From: Chitinophagales bacterium
Lineage (GTDB): Bacteria; Bacteroidota; Bacteroidia; Chitinophagales; Chitinophagaceae
Assembly (NCBI GenBank): GCA_044448445.1
Contig: JBIOGX010000001.1
Coordinates: forward strand, 1-32,519
Direction of reading: 5' to 3'
DNA length: 32,519 bases
The notes under the pieces were generated by a model, which saw nothing but the letters and a program-made list of their open reading frames with translations, ran no database searches and was not told where the DNA came from. A program made the position numbers and the translations under genes. Every line of letters begins with the position of its first letter. The first letter of the stretch is position 1. Shown here piece after piece: positions 9,280-19,136 of the stretch.

Positions 9280-9717
9280 TTATTGTTTCTTCAATATATG
9301 ATTCAGTGCCGGTTTTATCTCCAGCAAAGCAGTATCTAACTGTTGCAGATTCCCATCTTTTCTTCTCAGGTAGTAGTCTCTAAAAGAACTATTATCATCG
9401 AGTTCTACGACAGTTGCATTCTCATCTTTGGCATCTCCTTTAAGTACAGTCCACTCACCATTTATCGTAACTGTGATACCGTTATAGGTTTTGGAATATA
9501 CAAATTTTCCCTCATCATGATATTGTTTATGATCTAATTGCAACATCGTATTTACCTCGTTGCCATTGTCGGTTATGACACCTTTGAATACATCACGCAA
9601 TATGGTCGTTGTATCTATAGACGAAAGCATCCTTTTTTGTGGCTTGTTCCGGCCATAAGCAGGCAAGCAAAGTAATATAGGGAATAACAATATTAAAACC
9701 GTACGAATTATAGTCAT
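9280..9717 (-). CDS. Exported protein, NlpE N-terminal-domain-like
   Basis: Signal peptide. FKGVI..., GEWTVLKG...ATVVEL and LQQLD...EI...LNHIL resemble Bacteroidota NlpE-N proteins, but there is no CxxC. Confidence 0.55.
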   Translation of the reverse strand: MTIIRTVLILLFPILLCLPAYGRNKPQKRMLSSIDTTTILRDVFKGVITDNGNEVNTMLQLDHKQYHDEGKFVYSKTYNGITVTINGEWTVLKGDAKDENATVVELDDNSSFRDYYLRRKDGNLQQLDTALLEIKPALNHILKKQ

Positions 9718-9719
9718 AG

Positions 9720-10379
9720 TTAAAATTTTATCTTTTTTAAACCTATTTCTTCTCTTGCCCGGTTTGTAGCTTCCAGGTCTTTGGGTTGCCTGATGTGTGA
9801 TGTTTTTGTTGTCGGATCATAATGTTCACATACATAATAAAGCTCAGGAAGTTTATTGTTTAGTTGTGCCTTATCATAAATCGTTGCATACTCTAATCCG
9901 GGCATATTATTGTTTTTCACTTCCTGCATCAGTACTTTAAAAAAATCGTCGGTTAGGAATTGAACCGGGCTATGCAGGAAGATTGCCGAAGCCTTATACA
10001 CTTCGACATATTTTTTCGGGAATCCATACCTGCGCACTATACCAGACATTTTAATAAAATTTACAGAATCAATTGCGCCCTGCAATTGCCAGAGAGAATC
10101 TTTCTGATGCTCTGATATGCCCACCTTATTATCCTGTACCTGTTTCATTCTTTTCCACTGATCACCCTCCGGCAGTTTTCTCATTTCCGCCAGTTTTTTT
10201 TCATCCAGTTCACCAAACATCAACATCCACCTGTATTTCTGATCATTAACCAGCATAGTTTCTACTTCTTTTCTTAAACTGTCTTTCAGGTGTTTCGTCA
10301 ATGGAATATGCTCCTGGTTTTGACCATATGCTTGGAACAAAAGAACAATAGAGAAAAACATGGTTAGTATAGCACGCAT
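9720..10379 (-). CDS. Exported hypothetical protein (DUF6624-like)
   Basis: Signal peptide, M..NDQKYR, IDSVN....I..YGFP and NRAREEIGL pattern. Confidence 0.6.
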   Translation of the reverse strand: MRAILTMFFSIVLLFQAYGQNQEHIPLTKHLKDSLRKEVETMLVNDQKYRWMLMFGELDEKKLAEMRKLPEGDQWKRMKQVQDNKVGISEHQKDSLWQLQGAIDSVNFIKMSGIVRRYGFPKKYVEVYKASAIFLHSPVQFLTDDFFKVLMQEVKNNNMPGLEYATIYDKAQLNNKLPELYYVCEHYDPTTKTSHIRQPKDLEATNRAREEIGLKKIKF

Positions 10380-10397
10380 ATTGTAAAACTACAATTA

Positions 10398-10492
10398 ATT
10401 AAGCCATTGAGATATTGAGCAATTATTTGCACATTTTCATATTTACACATTTTCACATTAATTGAGTCATTGAGTTATTAAGACATTGAGTA
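10398..10492. repeat. Composite 8-bp-period tandem repeats (ATTRAGNN x3, NCAYATTW x4, ATTRAGNN x4)
   Basis: attaagcc attgagat attgagca ... gcacattt tcatattt acacattt tcacatta attgagtc attgagtt attaagac attgagta. Confidence 0.7.
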
Positions 10493-10494
10493 AT

Positions 10495-10502
10495 TACCTT
10501 TG
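10495..10502 (+). promoter_or_regulatory. -7 promoter element of trhO (likely leaderless mRNA)
   Basis: TACCTTTG-cacc-ATG(10507). Confidence 0.65.
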
Positions 10503-10506
10503 CACC

Positions 10507-11589
10507 ATGCCAGTGTTACACAACCGCGTCAATAATGAGGAACTGAAACAGCGTATGCTCGCCGAAACCGAGCCGCGTACCACAGTGTCCTTTTACAAAT
10601 ACTTCCCGGTAGCGGACCCCGCTGCTTTTCGCGATGATCTCTATATCAAATTCAGCGCACTTAAAGTTTTCGGGCGCATCTATGTGGCGCATGAAGGCAT
10701 TAACGGGCAGGTAAGCGTACCTGAAAGCAATTATATGCTTTTCAGGGATGCCCTGTATCATACAGCCCCTGAACTGAATGGTATCCGCATGAATATCGCG
10801 GTTGACGATGACGGTAAATCTTTTTGGGTATTGCGGTTGAAGGTGCGCCCCAAAATAGTAGCCGATGGTATAGTTGACCCAAACTTTGACCCCGGCAAGA
10901 CAGGCGCCTATCTCAAAGCCAGGGAATACAATGAGTTGTCGCAGCAGCCGGGTACTATCATTGTGGATATGCGCAACCACTACGAATATGAAGTAGGCCA
11001 TTTTGAGAATGCCATTGAAGTGCCTTCAGATACTTTTCGGAATCAGCTACCCATGGCGGTAGATATGCTGAAGGACAAAAAGGACAAAAACATAATCATG
11101 TATTGCACCGGCGGCATACGCTGTGAAAAAGCAAGCGCCTACCTCCTCCATAATGGCTTTAAGAATGTATTTCATGTAGCGGGCGGCATCATAGAATATA
11201 CCAGGAAGGCGAAAGAAGAAAACCTGCCGTTAAAATTTAAAGGGAAGAACTTTGTGTTTGATGAACGCCTCGGTGAACGCATCACTGATGATGTAATTGC
11301 CAAATGCCATATCTGCGGCAAACCCTGCGATACACATACCAATTGCAAAAACGATGGCTGCCACCTGCTTTTTATACAATGTGATGAATGTGCCGAAAAG
11401 TTTGAAGGCTGCTGCAGTGAAGCGTGCAGGGAGGAAAAGAATCTGCCGGAGCATGAGCAACGCTCCCGCCGTGCAGGCAGGGAGAACGGTCCGATGATCT
11501 TCAACAAATCGAAAGAACATCCATTGCGGAAACATAGGAGCAGTTGGCAGGAGCAGCGTGCAGGGACAGACGGCAGCGAACCGGTATAG
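10507..11589 (+). CDS. trhO: Oxygen-dependent tRNA uridine(34) hydroxylase (rhodanese YceA family)
   Basis: MPVLHNR start, [48 protein letters not shown] and a Cys-rich C-terminus. ATG 10507 preferred over TTG 10486. Confidence 0.93.
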   Translation: MPVLHNRVNNEELKQRMLAETEPRTTVSFYKYFPVADPAAFRDDLYIKFSALKVFGRIYVAHEGINGQVSVPESNYMLFRDALYHTAPELNGIRMNIAVDDDGKSFWVLRLKVRPKIVADGIVDPNFDPGKTGAYLKAREYNELSQQPGTIIVDMRNHYEYEVGHFENAIEVPSDTFRNQLPMAVDMLKDKKDKNIIMYCTGGIRCEKASAYLLHNGFKNVFHVAGGIIEYTRKAKEENLPLKFKGKNFVFDERLGERITDDVIAKCHICGKPCDTHTNCKNDGCHLLFIQCDECAEKFEGCCSEACREEKNLPEHEQRSRRAGRENGPMIFNKSKEHPLRKHRSSWQEQRAGTDGSEPV

Positions 11590-11630
11590 GAGCAGCATGC
11601 AGACTTACGACCCTGCCTATCGGCCTTTGG

Positions 11631-11852
11631 TTAAATATCCTTAGCCATTTTCAGCAACCGGGCTATTGCTTCGGGACGGGGCTGCAGCAGATCTTTTGCG
11701 GCTTCCCTAAGCATATTCATTTCATGCCCATAGCCTGCGCTAAACCATGCCGGAGCAATGGTTAGCCTATCATCACCATTGAAGCCTGGCAGGATGGGCG
11801 GGTAAGCATTTTGGTGTTTTTCAGTAAGTTTCCTGTGTAAAGTTTTGTTCAT
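11631..11852 (-). CDS. Small hypothetical protein (73 aa)
   Basis: Non-overlapping ORF that fills the gap, with an A-rich upstream region and an amphipathic C-terminal helix (QPRPEAIARLLKMAKDI). Confidence 0.5.
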   Translation of the reverse strand: MNKTLHRKLTEKHQNAYPPILPGFNGDDRLTIAPAWFSAGYGHEMNMLREAAKDLLQPRPEAIARLLKMAKDI

Positions 11853-11991
11853 TGAAATATATAGTTTTATACAAAAACGCAGAATGGAAACAGATTATTG
11901 CATAGAATATAAAAAATTAAGGTTAAACCAGATATATTTGAATAAATTATATTTTTTATATTCTGTTACCTGACTATAATGCACTCATGAA

Positions 11992-12028
11992 TACAAAAGC
12001 GCGGAGTATAGCCCCCCGCGCTCTTGTA
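11992..12028 (-). terminator. Intrinsic terminator of the metalloprotease gene
   Basis: Stem AGCGCGG (11998-12004) / CCGCGCT (12016-12022), followed on the minus strand by TTTGTA, about 20 nt past the stop. Confidence 0.6.
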
Positions 12029-12046
12029 ATATATTTAGATACCGGT

Positions 12047-14368
12047 TTATCTGATAACACACGACTTAACAGTAACATTTCCATTTGTCATATCAGCAAA
12101 ACGAATATAATAAACACCTTTAGCCCAGGCATTTACCTGTATGTCTGACTTGCCGTTTATTTCACCTTGCCATACTGTTTGTCCGACCGAGTTACATACC
12201 ATAACATGGAAATTATTATTACCGGTAGTGATGTGCAAAATATTAGTTGCAGGAATGGGGAATATTTTAATGTCACCTGCGGTGGTATTAACTTGTTTAA
12301 CACCGGTAACAGGCAAGCTTGAATTATAAGTAATTGTGAAATTTGCGCTATTGATGTTAAAAAACACATTGCCTGAACCTTTTACTTTAAAACGCACCGT
12401 TGACGACCAATCAGCAGCGGGGTTAGGTAAAGTAATACTTGCGGTACCTGTATTAGGGTAGTTACCAATATAGTCAGGCCATGTATTACCCCCATCGTGC
12501 GATAAGTATATGTCAACATTAGCAGCGCTGACAGGGGCGGCATTTGTACCTACCACATTCCAGGTAACCGTTTGTGTGCTGCCGCCTATATAAGAAATAC
12601 CTGCGGTGCCCTGGCTGGTAACTTTAAAACCGGCAAATGTAGATGTCTGAACCGCATTAATATGAATTGAGTCATCGGGGAACAGGAAGCAGCCGTTACC
12701 GTTGAGCATATCGCGCACTACCATTCTAAAGGTCATATAGCGAGCAGTATCCGGGGCTTTTTCTCCTTCGTTACCTTCAGTACCTGCATTACTCAACACA
12801 CCGGCAAGAACCATACTAACTTTGGGAAACACGCGGGTAGGATTATAAGCAGGGTTATAACTACGGAAGATAGGCCCTTTAAAAAAGGTTTGGTTCAGCC
12901 TTTTGCCAAAATCTCCCAGGTTATATTGCGTCCATCCGTAAGTGATGGCGGTATCAGCTACAGAATCAACAGCAACAGGGCCGATGAGTTCAAACGGTGT
13001 TTTATAAGGAATGGTGTATGTTGCGGAAAAAGTGGGTAAATAAACCAGTTTATTATTTGTAGCTGTTGACACAGCGCAGGCATTTTCTGAGCCTGCAAGA
13101 TATCCCTGGATCTGCACAAGGCTTGAAGCGCTGAAGTAGGAATTACTGTGCATCTGCAGATCATCCGGGGAGCAGATTCCTGCATAATCCATAATTGTAC
13201 CTCCACTACCAGGCTCATAGGCACATGTTGACACCGCATTGCCGCCACAGCTACCATCATTATTGTTATTAAATGTATGCTCCGAACCGTATTCATGGCC
13301 CATTTCGTGCGCTACGTAATCAATATCAAAACCATCGCCTACAGGAGTTGGAGACCCGGTACAACTTTGCGCTTTTTGACCATTATTACACACTACTCCC
13401 AAAGAAGATATACCACCGCCACCAGTTGTAAAAACGTGGCCAATATCATAATTTGCAGAACCTACCCTATTGGTACATTGGGTCTGATTTGCAGATAAAC
13501 AGGCGCCACCATTGTTGTCAATGGTATTAAAAGGGTCATTACCATTTGTACTGCCGGTATTTGTCGGCCAGATCAAAGTATCTTCCTTACTGCAAAAATT
13601 CATTTGGACAGAAAATTCATGATTGTAAACTCCATTGATACGGTTCATAGATATAGTCATTTTGGCAAGAGCCTGGGCAATAGTTGGCGTTGAAAGGCCT
13701 GTAGCAGCCTGGCAGTAAAAATGGTCTGCAGATAAAGCAAGTCTGTATGTGCGTAAAGTATAACCATTGCTGGTGCGTTGTTGCAGCTTAGGCAATTGTT
13801 TTTGCATCATATCCATGCTTTCTCCTGCAGGGCCTATTTCATCTTCACCTTTCACAAGGCATTTCATACGATCACCGATTGCACGGGTTTCATCCCTTTT
13901 ATAATGCACCATATAAAAACCATCATGATAATTGTCGAAAGGATCTACAAATGATGTATTGTCTCTATCATAGATCATAGCCGTAAAGCCATAAAGTGTA
14001 AATTCCATTTTGGCAGTTACACGCTGATCGTTTGCCGCCCTTCCGGTAAAGGTTTTAATGTCGGGGTATCTTGCTGCAAGATCATCGGGCATCATAGGAG
14101 TCTGCCATACTATAAAGTCCCGGAAGGAACCGTCAGGCATAGGCAATGTGATGGTGATCCCCTCATTGGGGTTAGCTGACAGATTCCACATTTGCAGTTT
14201 TAATGTGGGTTCGTCCAATGTGTAAACAAGAAAACCTGAAGGATGCATGACCTGTAAATTTTTTGGCGCCTGCCCCGGATCAACCTGTTGCCAGAGGTTT
14301 TCAGCGTAGCCAGTACAAGTGCCGAGTACACCTGCGCATAGAAGCAATCTTGTAAATAGTCTTTTCAT
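12047..14368 (-). CDS. Secreted reprolysin-like (M12B) zinc metalloprotease with T9SS type A CTD
   Basis: Signal peptide MKRLFTRLLL (ATG 14368), prodomain, LRTYRLAL, YDIGHVF, HEMGHEYGSEH zinc motif, Met-turn GGTIMDYAGIC, and CTD IFPIPATN...KGVYYIR. Confidence 0.92.
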   Translation of the reverse strand: MKRLFTRLLLCAGVLGTCTGYAENLWQQVDPGQAPKNLQVMHPSGFLVYTLDEPTLKLQMWNLSANPNEGITITLPMPDGSFRDFIVWQTPMMPDDLAARYPDIKTFTGRAANDQRVTAKMEFTLYGFTAMIYDRDNTSFVDPFDNYHDGFYMVHYKRDETRAIGDRMKCLVKGEDEIGPAGESMDMMQKQLPKLQQRTSNGYTLRTYRLALSADHFYCQAATGLSTPTIAQALAKMTISMNRINGVYNHEFSVQMNFCSKEDTLIWPTNTGSTNGNDPFNTIDNNGGACLSANQTQCTNRVGSANYDIGHVFTTGGGGISSLGVVCNNGQKAQSCTGSPTPVGDGFDIDYVAHEMGHEYGSEHTFNNNNDGSCGGNAVSTCAYEPGSGGTIMDYAGICSPDDLQMHSNSYFSASSLVQIQGYLAGSENACAVSTATNNKLVYLPTFSATYTIPYKTPFELIGPVAVDSVADTAITYGWTQYNLGDFGKRLNQTFFKGPIFRSYNPAYNPTRVFPKVSMVLAGVLSNAGTEGNEGEKAPDTARYMTFRMVVRDMLNGNGCFLFPDDSIHINAVQTSTFAGFKVTSQGTAGISYIGGSTQTVTWNVVGTNAAPVSAANVDIYLSHDGGNTWPDYIGNYPNTGTASITLPNPAADWSSTVRFKVKGSGNVFFNINSANFTITYNSSLPVTGVKQVNTTAGDIKIFPIPATNILHITTGNNNFHVMVCNSVGQTVWQGEINGKSDIQVNAWAKGVYYIRFADMTNGNVTVKSCVIR

Positions 14369-14531
14369 TTTCTTTTGTTTTAAATAATTATTTAGAATAA
14401 GATTTCTCATTAAGTGAAGAGGATATACAGGTGTACACAAGTACACGCAAATTACGTATTTTTAACTTAAAAATAATAATCAGCGAAAATTTTGTGTACC
14501 TACACCTTTTGCCAGTATATTAGCCATCAGC

Positions 14532-14990
14532 ATGAAAACAGACCTCTTACATATTACCTATTCGCTTGAAGATATTGAACAGGCTGTTAAACAGTTTTGG
14601 GAAAAGCTGCATACTTATAACACCTTTGCCTTTAGCGGAGAAATGGGAGCAGGCAAGACTACATTCATCCATAAACTTTGCGACTACCTGCATGTGCAGG
14701 ATACGGTGAGCAGCCCAACCTTCGCCCTCATAAATGAGTATCATTTTACTGATAACGAGGGTCAAGACAAAACCATATACCATTTGGACTGGTATCGCCT
14801 CAGGGATAGAGCGGAGACGATTCATACCGGCATGGAAGATTGCATAGAACAGGCAGGCAGCGGCGAGGCATACTGTTTTATAGAATGGCCTGAAAAAGCC
14901 AAAGAACTGCTACATACTCCTTACTTATGGATCACTATTGAAGCGAAATCCCCTACAGAACGGGATATTTCAGTCAAATTGAACGGCTGA
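14532..14990 (+). CDS. tsaE: tRNA threonylcarbamoyladenosine biosynthesis ATPase
   Basis: GEMGAGKTTF, VSSPTFALINEY, HLDWYRL and FIEWPE. Confidence 0.96.
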   Translation: MKTDLLHITYSLEDIEQAVKQFWEKLHTYNTFAFSGEMGAGKTTFIHKLCDYLHVQDTVSSPTFALINEYHFTDNEGQDKTIYHLDWYRLRDRAETIHTGMEDCIEQAGSGEAYCFIEWPEKAKELLHTPYLWITIEAKSPTERDISVKLNG

Positions 14991-15119
14991 CAACCCAAGC
15001 CGGCAAAACCTTTTCATACCCTGCAAAGAGGACTTGTTATTCAGCAAGGTAATGGTTGGGATTTCCAAATATATTTCCTACTTTGCAGTCTATACCAATA
15101 ACCAATAAATATCTAGTAT

Positions 15120-18100
15120 ATGTATTTTAATGGTACAAAATGCTGTTCTCTTATATTTTGCAGTTTCTTATCGCTGTCGCTTATAGCGAAAGATGCAAAG
15201 CCGGCTATCTCACAAGGCTTAAGAAAGCCATTGTGTTTCGTAGAGAATAAGGGCCAGGTTACGGACCAGGAAAACAATCCGCGAAATGATATACAATACA
15301 AGCTGTCCACGCCCGGCATGAGCCTGTATGTTGGTAACGGGCAACTGCACTACCAGTTTAAAAAAATAGAAGGCAATACGCCGGCTACAACACAAGTATC
15401 CGGTTATAATATGAATGTTACCTTGCTGGGGGCAAACCCTAATGCCAAAATTATTTCCGCTGACAAGCAGGAATACTTTGAGAATTATTACGTCTCGCAA
15501 TATTCAGAAAACGGATTTACCGTTCATTCCTATAACAAGATCATTTATAAAGATGTATATCCCGCTATTGACTGGGTATTATATGTAAAGAATAATAAAG
15601 TAGAATATGATTTCGTAGTGCATCCCGGCGGAGATATTCACGATATACGAATCGCATATAACGGCGCCACCGCACTCAGCCTCACCAAAGACGGTGGTAT
15701 ATCTGCCGAAACGCCTATGGGCCGTATCGGGGAGAAAACGCCTTATGCTTATGAAACTTCATCAGGAAAAACTGTTGCATCAAAATTCGTTTTAAAAAAT
15801 AATGTTATCAGTTTTGAAACCGGAGCATACGAAGGCTCCCTTACCATAGACCCCTACCTTTTATGGAGCACTTACTTCGGCGGTACGGCTGAAGATGTTG
15901 TCACATCGGTAAAAGAAAGCGCCGGGAACACTTATGCAGGCGGCTATACTGCCAGTACCGGGCTGTCATTCGGAGCAGGTATTTTCCAGGCTGCAAATGC
16001 GGGAGGAACTTATGATGCCTTCGTAGCGAAATTCACTAATACAGGAACTTTGACTTGGGCTACTTATTTTGGCGGCACAGGCGACGACCAAGGCACCTGT
16101 GTAGCATTTGATAATACCGGCACTAATCTATACCTGGTTGGTTCCACCACTTCTCCGGCAACCGGCTTAACAGCTCCCGGCACAGCATGGCATACAACAA
16201 ATAATGGCGGCACAGATGGTTTCCTTATTAAATTTTTAGCTAGTAATGGTTCAAGAGTATGGTGTACATTTTTTGGCGGTGCCGGTAATGATGTTATCAA
16301 TGGAGTTGCCTGTGATGGTACCGGCAATGTATATATTACCGGCCAGACAGCAAGCGCCACACTTATTACTTTTGGCGCTGCATACCAGGCAACATTAGAC
16401 GGCGCCAATGATGCTTTTGTTGCACAATTTAATGCAGCAGGCGCTATGCAGTGGTCAACCTATTATGGAGGCCCCTTGCAGGAAAATGGATTAGCAATCG
16501 CATGCAATGCGGCAAATGATGTTATCATTACCGGGCAAACAAACAGTACCACAGCCATGTCTTCCTTTGGAAATACTTTAAACGGCGCAAATGATGCATT
16601 CGTTGCAGTATTTAACACGAGCGGCGCACGGCTTTGGGGCAATTATTTCGGCGGGCCCGGTACAGAGCAAGGCAATGGTGTAATTTGCGATCCGGCCACC
16701 AGCGACATAATCATCGTAGGCAACACTACCAGCGCCAGTGGTATCGCAAGCCCCAATGCATACCAGATTGCTTATGGCGGTGGTGTACAAGATGCTTTCG
16801 TTTCCTGTATTACCAACACAGGCACAGTGTCATGGAGTACCTATTATGGCGGTAATGATATTGATTACGGGCAAGGTATTTGCCTTGACGTATTCAGAAA
16901 TATCGTGATTGCCGGCGGCACCATGAGCACTTCAGGAATTGCGAGCAGCACAGGCGGTTATCAAACCACCATAGGCGGCAGTTATGATGCTTTCGTAGCA
17001 AAATTAACTCCCCTTGGGCAAAGGCTTTGGGGCAGCTATTACGGTAGCACGCTGTATGATTTCGCAAATGCCGTGGCCTGCGACCCGACAAACAACGAGG
17101 TGGCAATAGCAGGTTATACTAACAGTACAGCAGGCATTGCAACCGCCGGCACTTATGGTGGCGGCACTTATGATGGCTTTGTTACAAAATTTTACAAGGA
17201 TACGTTCGTAACCATTAACCAACCCTATACCGATACCCTGCTTTGCCCCGGAGGAACGTTTGTCATAACCTATTCTGTAAACTATAATTTTCAGTTAGGG
17301 AACATTTTTACCGTAGAATTGTCTGATGCTTTTGGCAATTTTGCTGCTCCTGTTACCATTGGCACGATTACATCAAACGCTTCGGGCGCTATATCCTGCA
17401 CTATACCTGCACTCACTGCCCTGGGTACTGCTTACCGCATACGCATACGCGCCAGTAACCCTGTATATATCTCTCCTGACGATATGCTGGATATACAAAT
17501 AGACAATGCTACTCCCAATACAACTGCCACAGGCACTACCCCAACATGCGTAGGTGGTAGCATATCATTATTTGACGCAGCCACCTACTCAGTTACAAGC
17601 TGGACCTGGGCAGGGCCAAATGGTTTTAGTTCAGGAGTGCAAAACCCTACTGTGCCAGGCCCGATTACAATCGCCGATGCCGGAACATATTCCGTTACCA
17701 CAACCCATGCCGGCTGCCCGCCGTCAACAACTACTGTTACAATTGTAGTGAATACCACCATCCCGCCCACGCCTTCAAGTAGTGTAAACGGACATTGTGT
17801 AGGCAGTGCGATATATCTTTTCGCAAATCCTGATACAACTGCAGGCGGCATTACTTACAGTTGGTCTGGGCCGTTGGGATTTTCATCAACTTTGCAAAAC
17901 CCTGTCATACCCATAGGCTCAACTGCAAATGCCGGATATTATTATGTAACTGATGTTGTGGCCGGGTGTCCTTCCGGCATTGATTCTGTTTACGTAACCG
18001 TATCAAATACCACTCCTGTTTCGATAGCCATTACAGTAAGTCCCGGTGATACGGTTTGCCAGGGTACAAATGTAACCTTTACGGCAACCACTTCTACGGG

Positions 18101-18836
18101 TGGCGCTACCCCCACTTATCAATGGGTAAATGGCAGTACACCTGTTGTAGGCGCTATCTATAGCACTTGGTCAACGCCAACGCTAATCAATGGCAATCGC
18201 ATTTATTGCATACTCAACAGCAGCCTTAACTGCCCCTCACCAACACCGGCTAACAGTAACGTAATTACTATGGACTTAATCAATAATTCTCCGCTTGTTT
18301 ATATCAGTGCAAGCGCTGGTCCGTCTGTTCCTCCGGGTAGCCCGGTTACGTTTTCTTCTATTGCTTATAACGCAGGCCCGGGCGCCTTATACCAGTGGTC
18401 GCTCAATAGTACAAATGTGCCGGGAGCCACTAACGCTACTTACACTTTACCGAGTGTAACAAGCTATGATACGGTATCTCTTATCGTAACCAGCATTATG
18501 GCTTGCGCAACTCCTAACTTTGCAAAAAGCACACTTGTAGTACACGCACATACTGTAAGTGTGGCAAATGTTACCGCTACATTCGATAATTTAGAATTGT
18601 TCCCTAATCCGAATAACGGCAGCTTTACGCTGAAAGGAGACCTTCAAAATACCAATACCGTATCCATCGACATATTAAATACGCTTGGGCAGGTAGTGTA
18701 TGGCGGCAAAATAACAACGCCAGGTACACAACTAAATAAAACCATTGATCTCTGCAACCTGCCCAATGGTATTTACCTGTTGCATATTTACCGGGAAGGC
18801 GAAAGTAAAATGCTTCGCTTCTCGGTTCAACATTAA
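15120..18836 (+). CDS. Large secreted SBBP (beta-propeller) repeat protein with Ig-like domains and T9SS type A CTD
   Basis: N-terminal FVENKGQ...YKDVYPAID...EYDFVVHPG...IDP domain, repeated W(S/A)TYFGG...D...DAFVAKF units, WTWAGPNGFSS / PTYQW Ig-like units, and CTD LFPNPNNGSF...NGIYLL. Confidence 0.9.
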   Translation: MYFNGTKCCSLIFCSFLSLSLIAKDAKPAISQGLRKPLCFVENKGQVTDQENNPRNDIQYKLSTPGMSLYVGNGQLHYQFKKIEGNTPATTQVSGYNMNVTLLGANPNAKIISADKQEYFENYYVSQYSENGFTVHSYNKIIYKDVYPAIDWVLYVKNNKVEYDFVVHPGGDIHDIRIAYNGATALSLTKDGGISAETPMGRIGEKTPYAYETSSGKTVASKFVLKNNVISFETGAYEGSLTIDPYLLWSTYFGGTAEDVVTSVKESAGNTYAGGYTASTGLSFGAGIFQAANAGGTYDAFVAKFTNTGTLTWATYFGGTGDDQGTCVAFDNTGTNLYLVGSTTSPATGLTAPGTAWHTTNNGGTDGFLIKFLASNGSRVWCTFFGGAGNDVINGVACDGTGNVYITGQTASATLITFGAAYQATLDGANDAFVAQFNAAGAMQWSTYYGGPLQENGLAIACNAANDVIITGQTNSTTAMSSFGNTLNGANDAFVAVFNTSGARLWGNYFGGPGTEQGNGVICDPATSDIIIVGNTTSASGIASPNAYQIAYGGGVQDAFVSCITNTGTVSWSTYYGGNDIDYGQGICLDVFRNIVIAGGTMSTSGIASSTGGYQTTIGGSYDAFVAKLTPLGQRLWGSYYGSTLYDFANAVACDPTNNEVAIAGYTNSTAGIATAGTYGGGTYDGFVTKFYKDTFVTINQPYTDTLLCPGGTFVITYSVNYNFQLGNIFTVELSDAFGNFAAPVTIGTITSNASGAISCTIPALTALGTAYRIRIRASNPVYISPDDMLDIQIDNATPNTTATGTTPTCVGGSISLFDAATYSVTSWTWAGPNGFSSGVQNPTVPGPITIADAGTYSVTTTHAGCPPSTTTVTIVVNTTIPPTPSSSVNGHCVGSAIYLFANPDTTAGGITYSWSGPLGFSSTLQNPVIPIGSTANAGYYYVTDVVAGCPSGIDSVYVTVSNTTPVSIAITVSPGDTVCQGTNVTFTATTSTGGATPTYQWVNGSTPVVGAIYSTWSTPTLINGNRIYCILNSSLNCPSPTPANSNVITMDLINNSPLVYISASAGPSVPPGSPVTFSSIAYNAGPGALYQWSLNSTNVPGATNATYTLPSVTSYDTVSLIVTSIMACATPNFAKSTLVVHAHTVSVANVTATFDNLELFPNPNNGSFTLKGDLQNTNTVSIDILNTLGQVVYGGKITTPGTQLNKTIDLCNLPNGIYLLHIYREGESKMLRFSVQH

Positions 18837-18904
18837 GGTAGTTAACCTGCCGGCCGGCAGGTAGGTTAGTTTATGAAGTAAACAAGTAATTTCTTTTTTT
18901 TTTC

Positions 18905-18943
18905 TCATAGCCCACGGTCGAAACAGTGGGCTATGATTTTTTT
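18905..18943 (+). terminator. REP-like hairpin with U-tract (terminator)
   Basis: TCATAGCCCAC-ggtcgaaaca-GTGGGCTATGA (11-bp stem) followed by TTTTTTT. Confidence 0.75.
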
Positions 18944-18960
18944 AATGCTTCAGTAACCCC

Positions 18961-19136
18961 TTAACCTATTAACCTTTTAACCCTTTAACCAATTAACCTT
19001 TTAACCAATTAACCTTTTAACCCTTTAACCAATTAACCTTTTAACCAATTAACCCTTTAACCTTTTAACCAATTAACCAATTAACCCTTTAACCTTTTAA
19101 CCCTTTAACCAATTAACCTTTTAACCAATTAACCAA
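18961..19136 (+). repeat. Tandem array of 22 x TTAACCNN
   Basis: Exact 8-bp period with NN = TA,TT,CT,AA,TT,AA,TT,CT,AA,TT,AA,CT,TT,AA,AA,CT,TT,CT,AA,TT,AA,AA. The last A is the A of the downstream ATG. Confidence 0.97.

Noticed and set aside
14369-14446. Extended N-terminus of the metalloprotease in the ORF track
   Set aside because: The signal peptide begins at ATG 14368, which is preceded by an A-rich initiation region.
14425-14510. Possible inverted repeat (AGGTGTA..GTACAC / GTGTAC.TACACCT) between the protease and tsaE
   Set aside because: Gapped and short, so it cannot be distinguished from chance without comparative data.
18961-19136. CRISPR array or telomere repeat
   Set aside because: The period is 8 bp with no unique spacers and there are no cas genes. 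The array is internal and flanked by ordinary bacterial genes, so the likeness to TTAGGG-type repeats is superficial.
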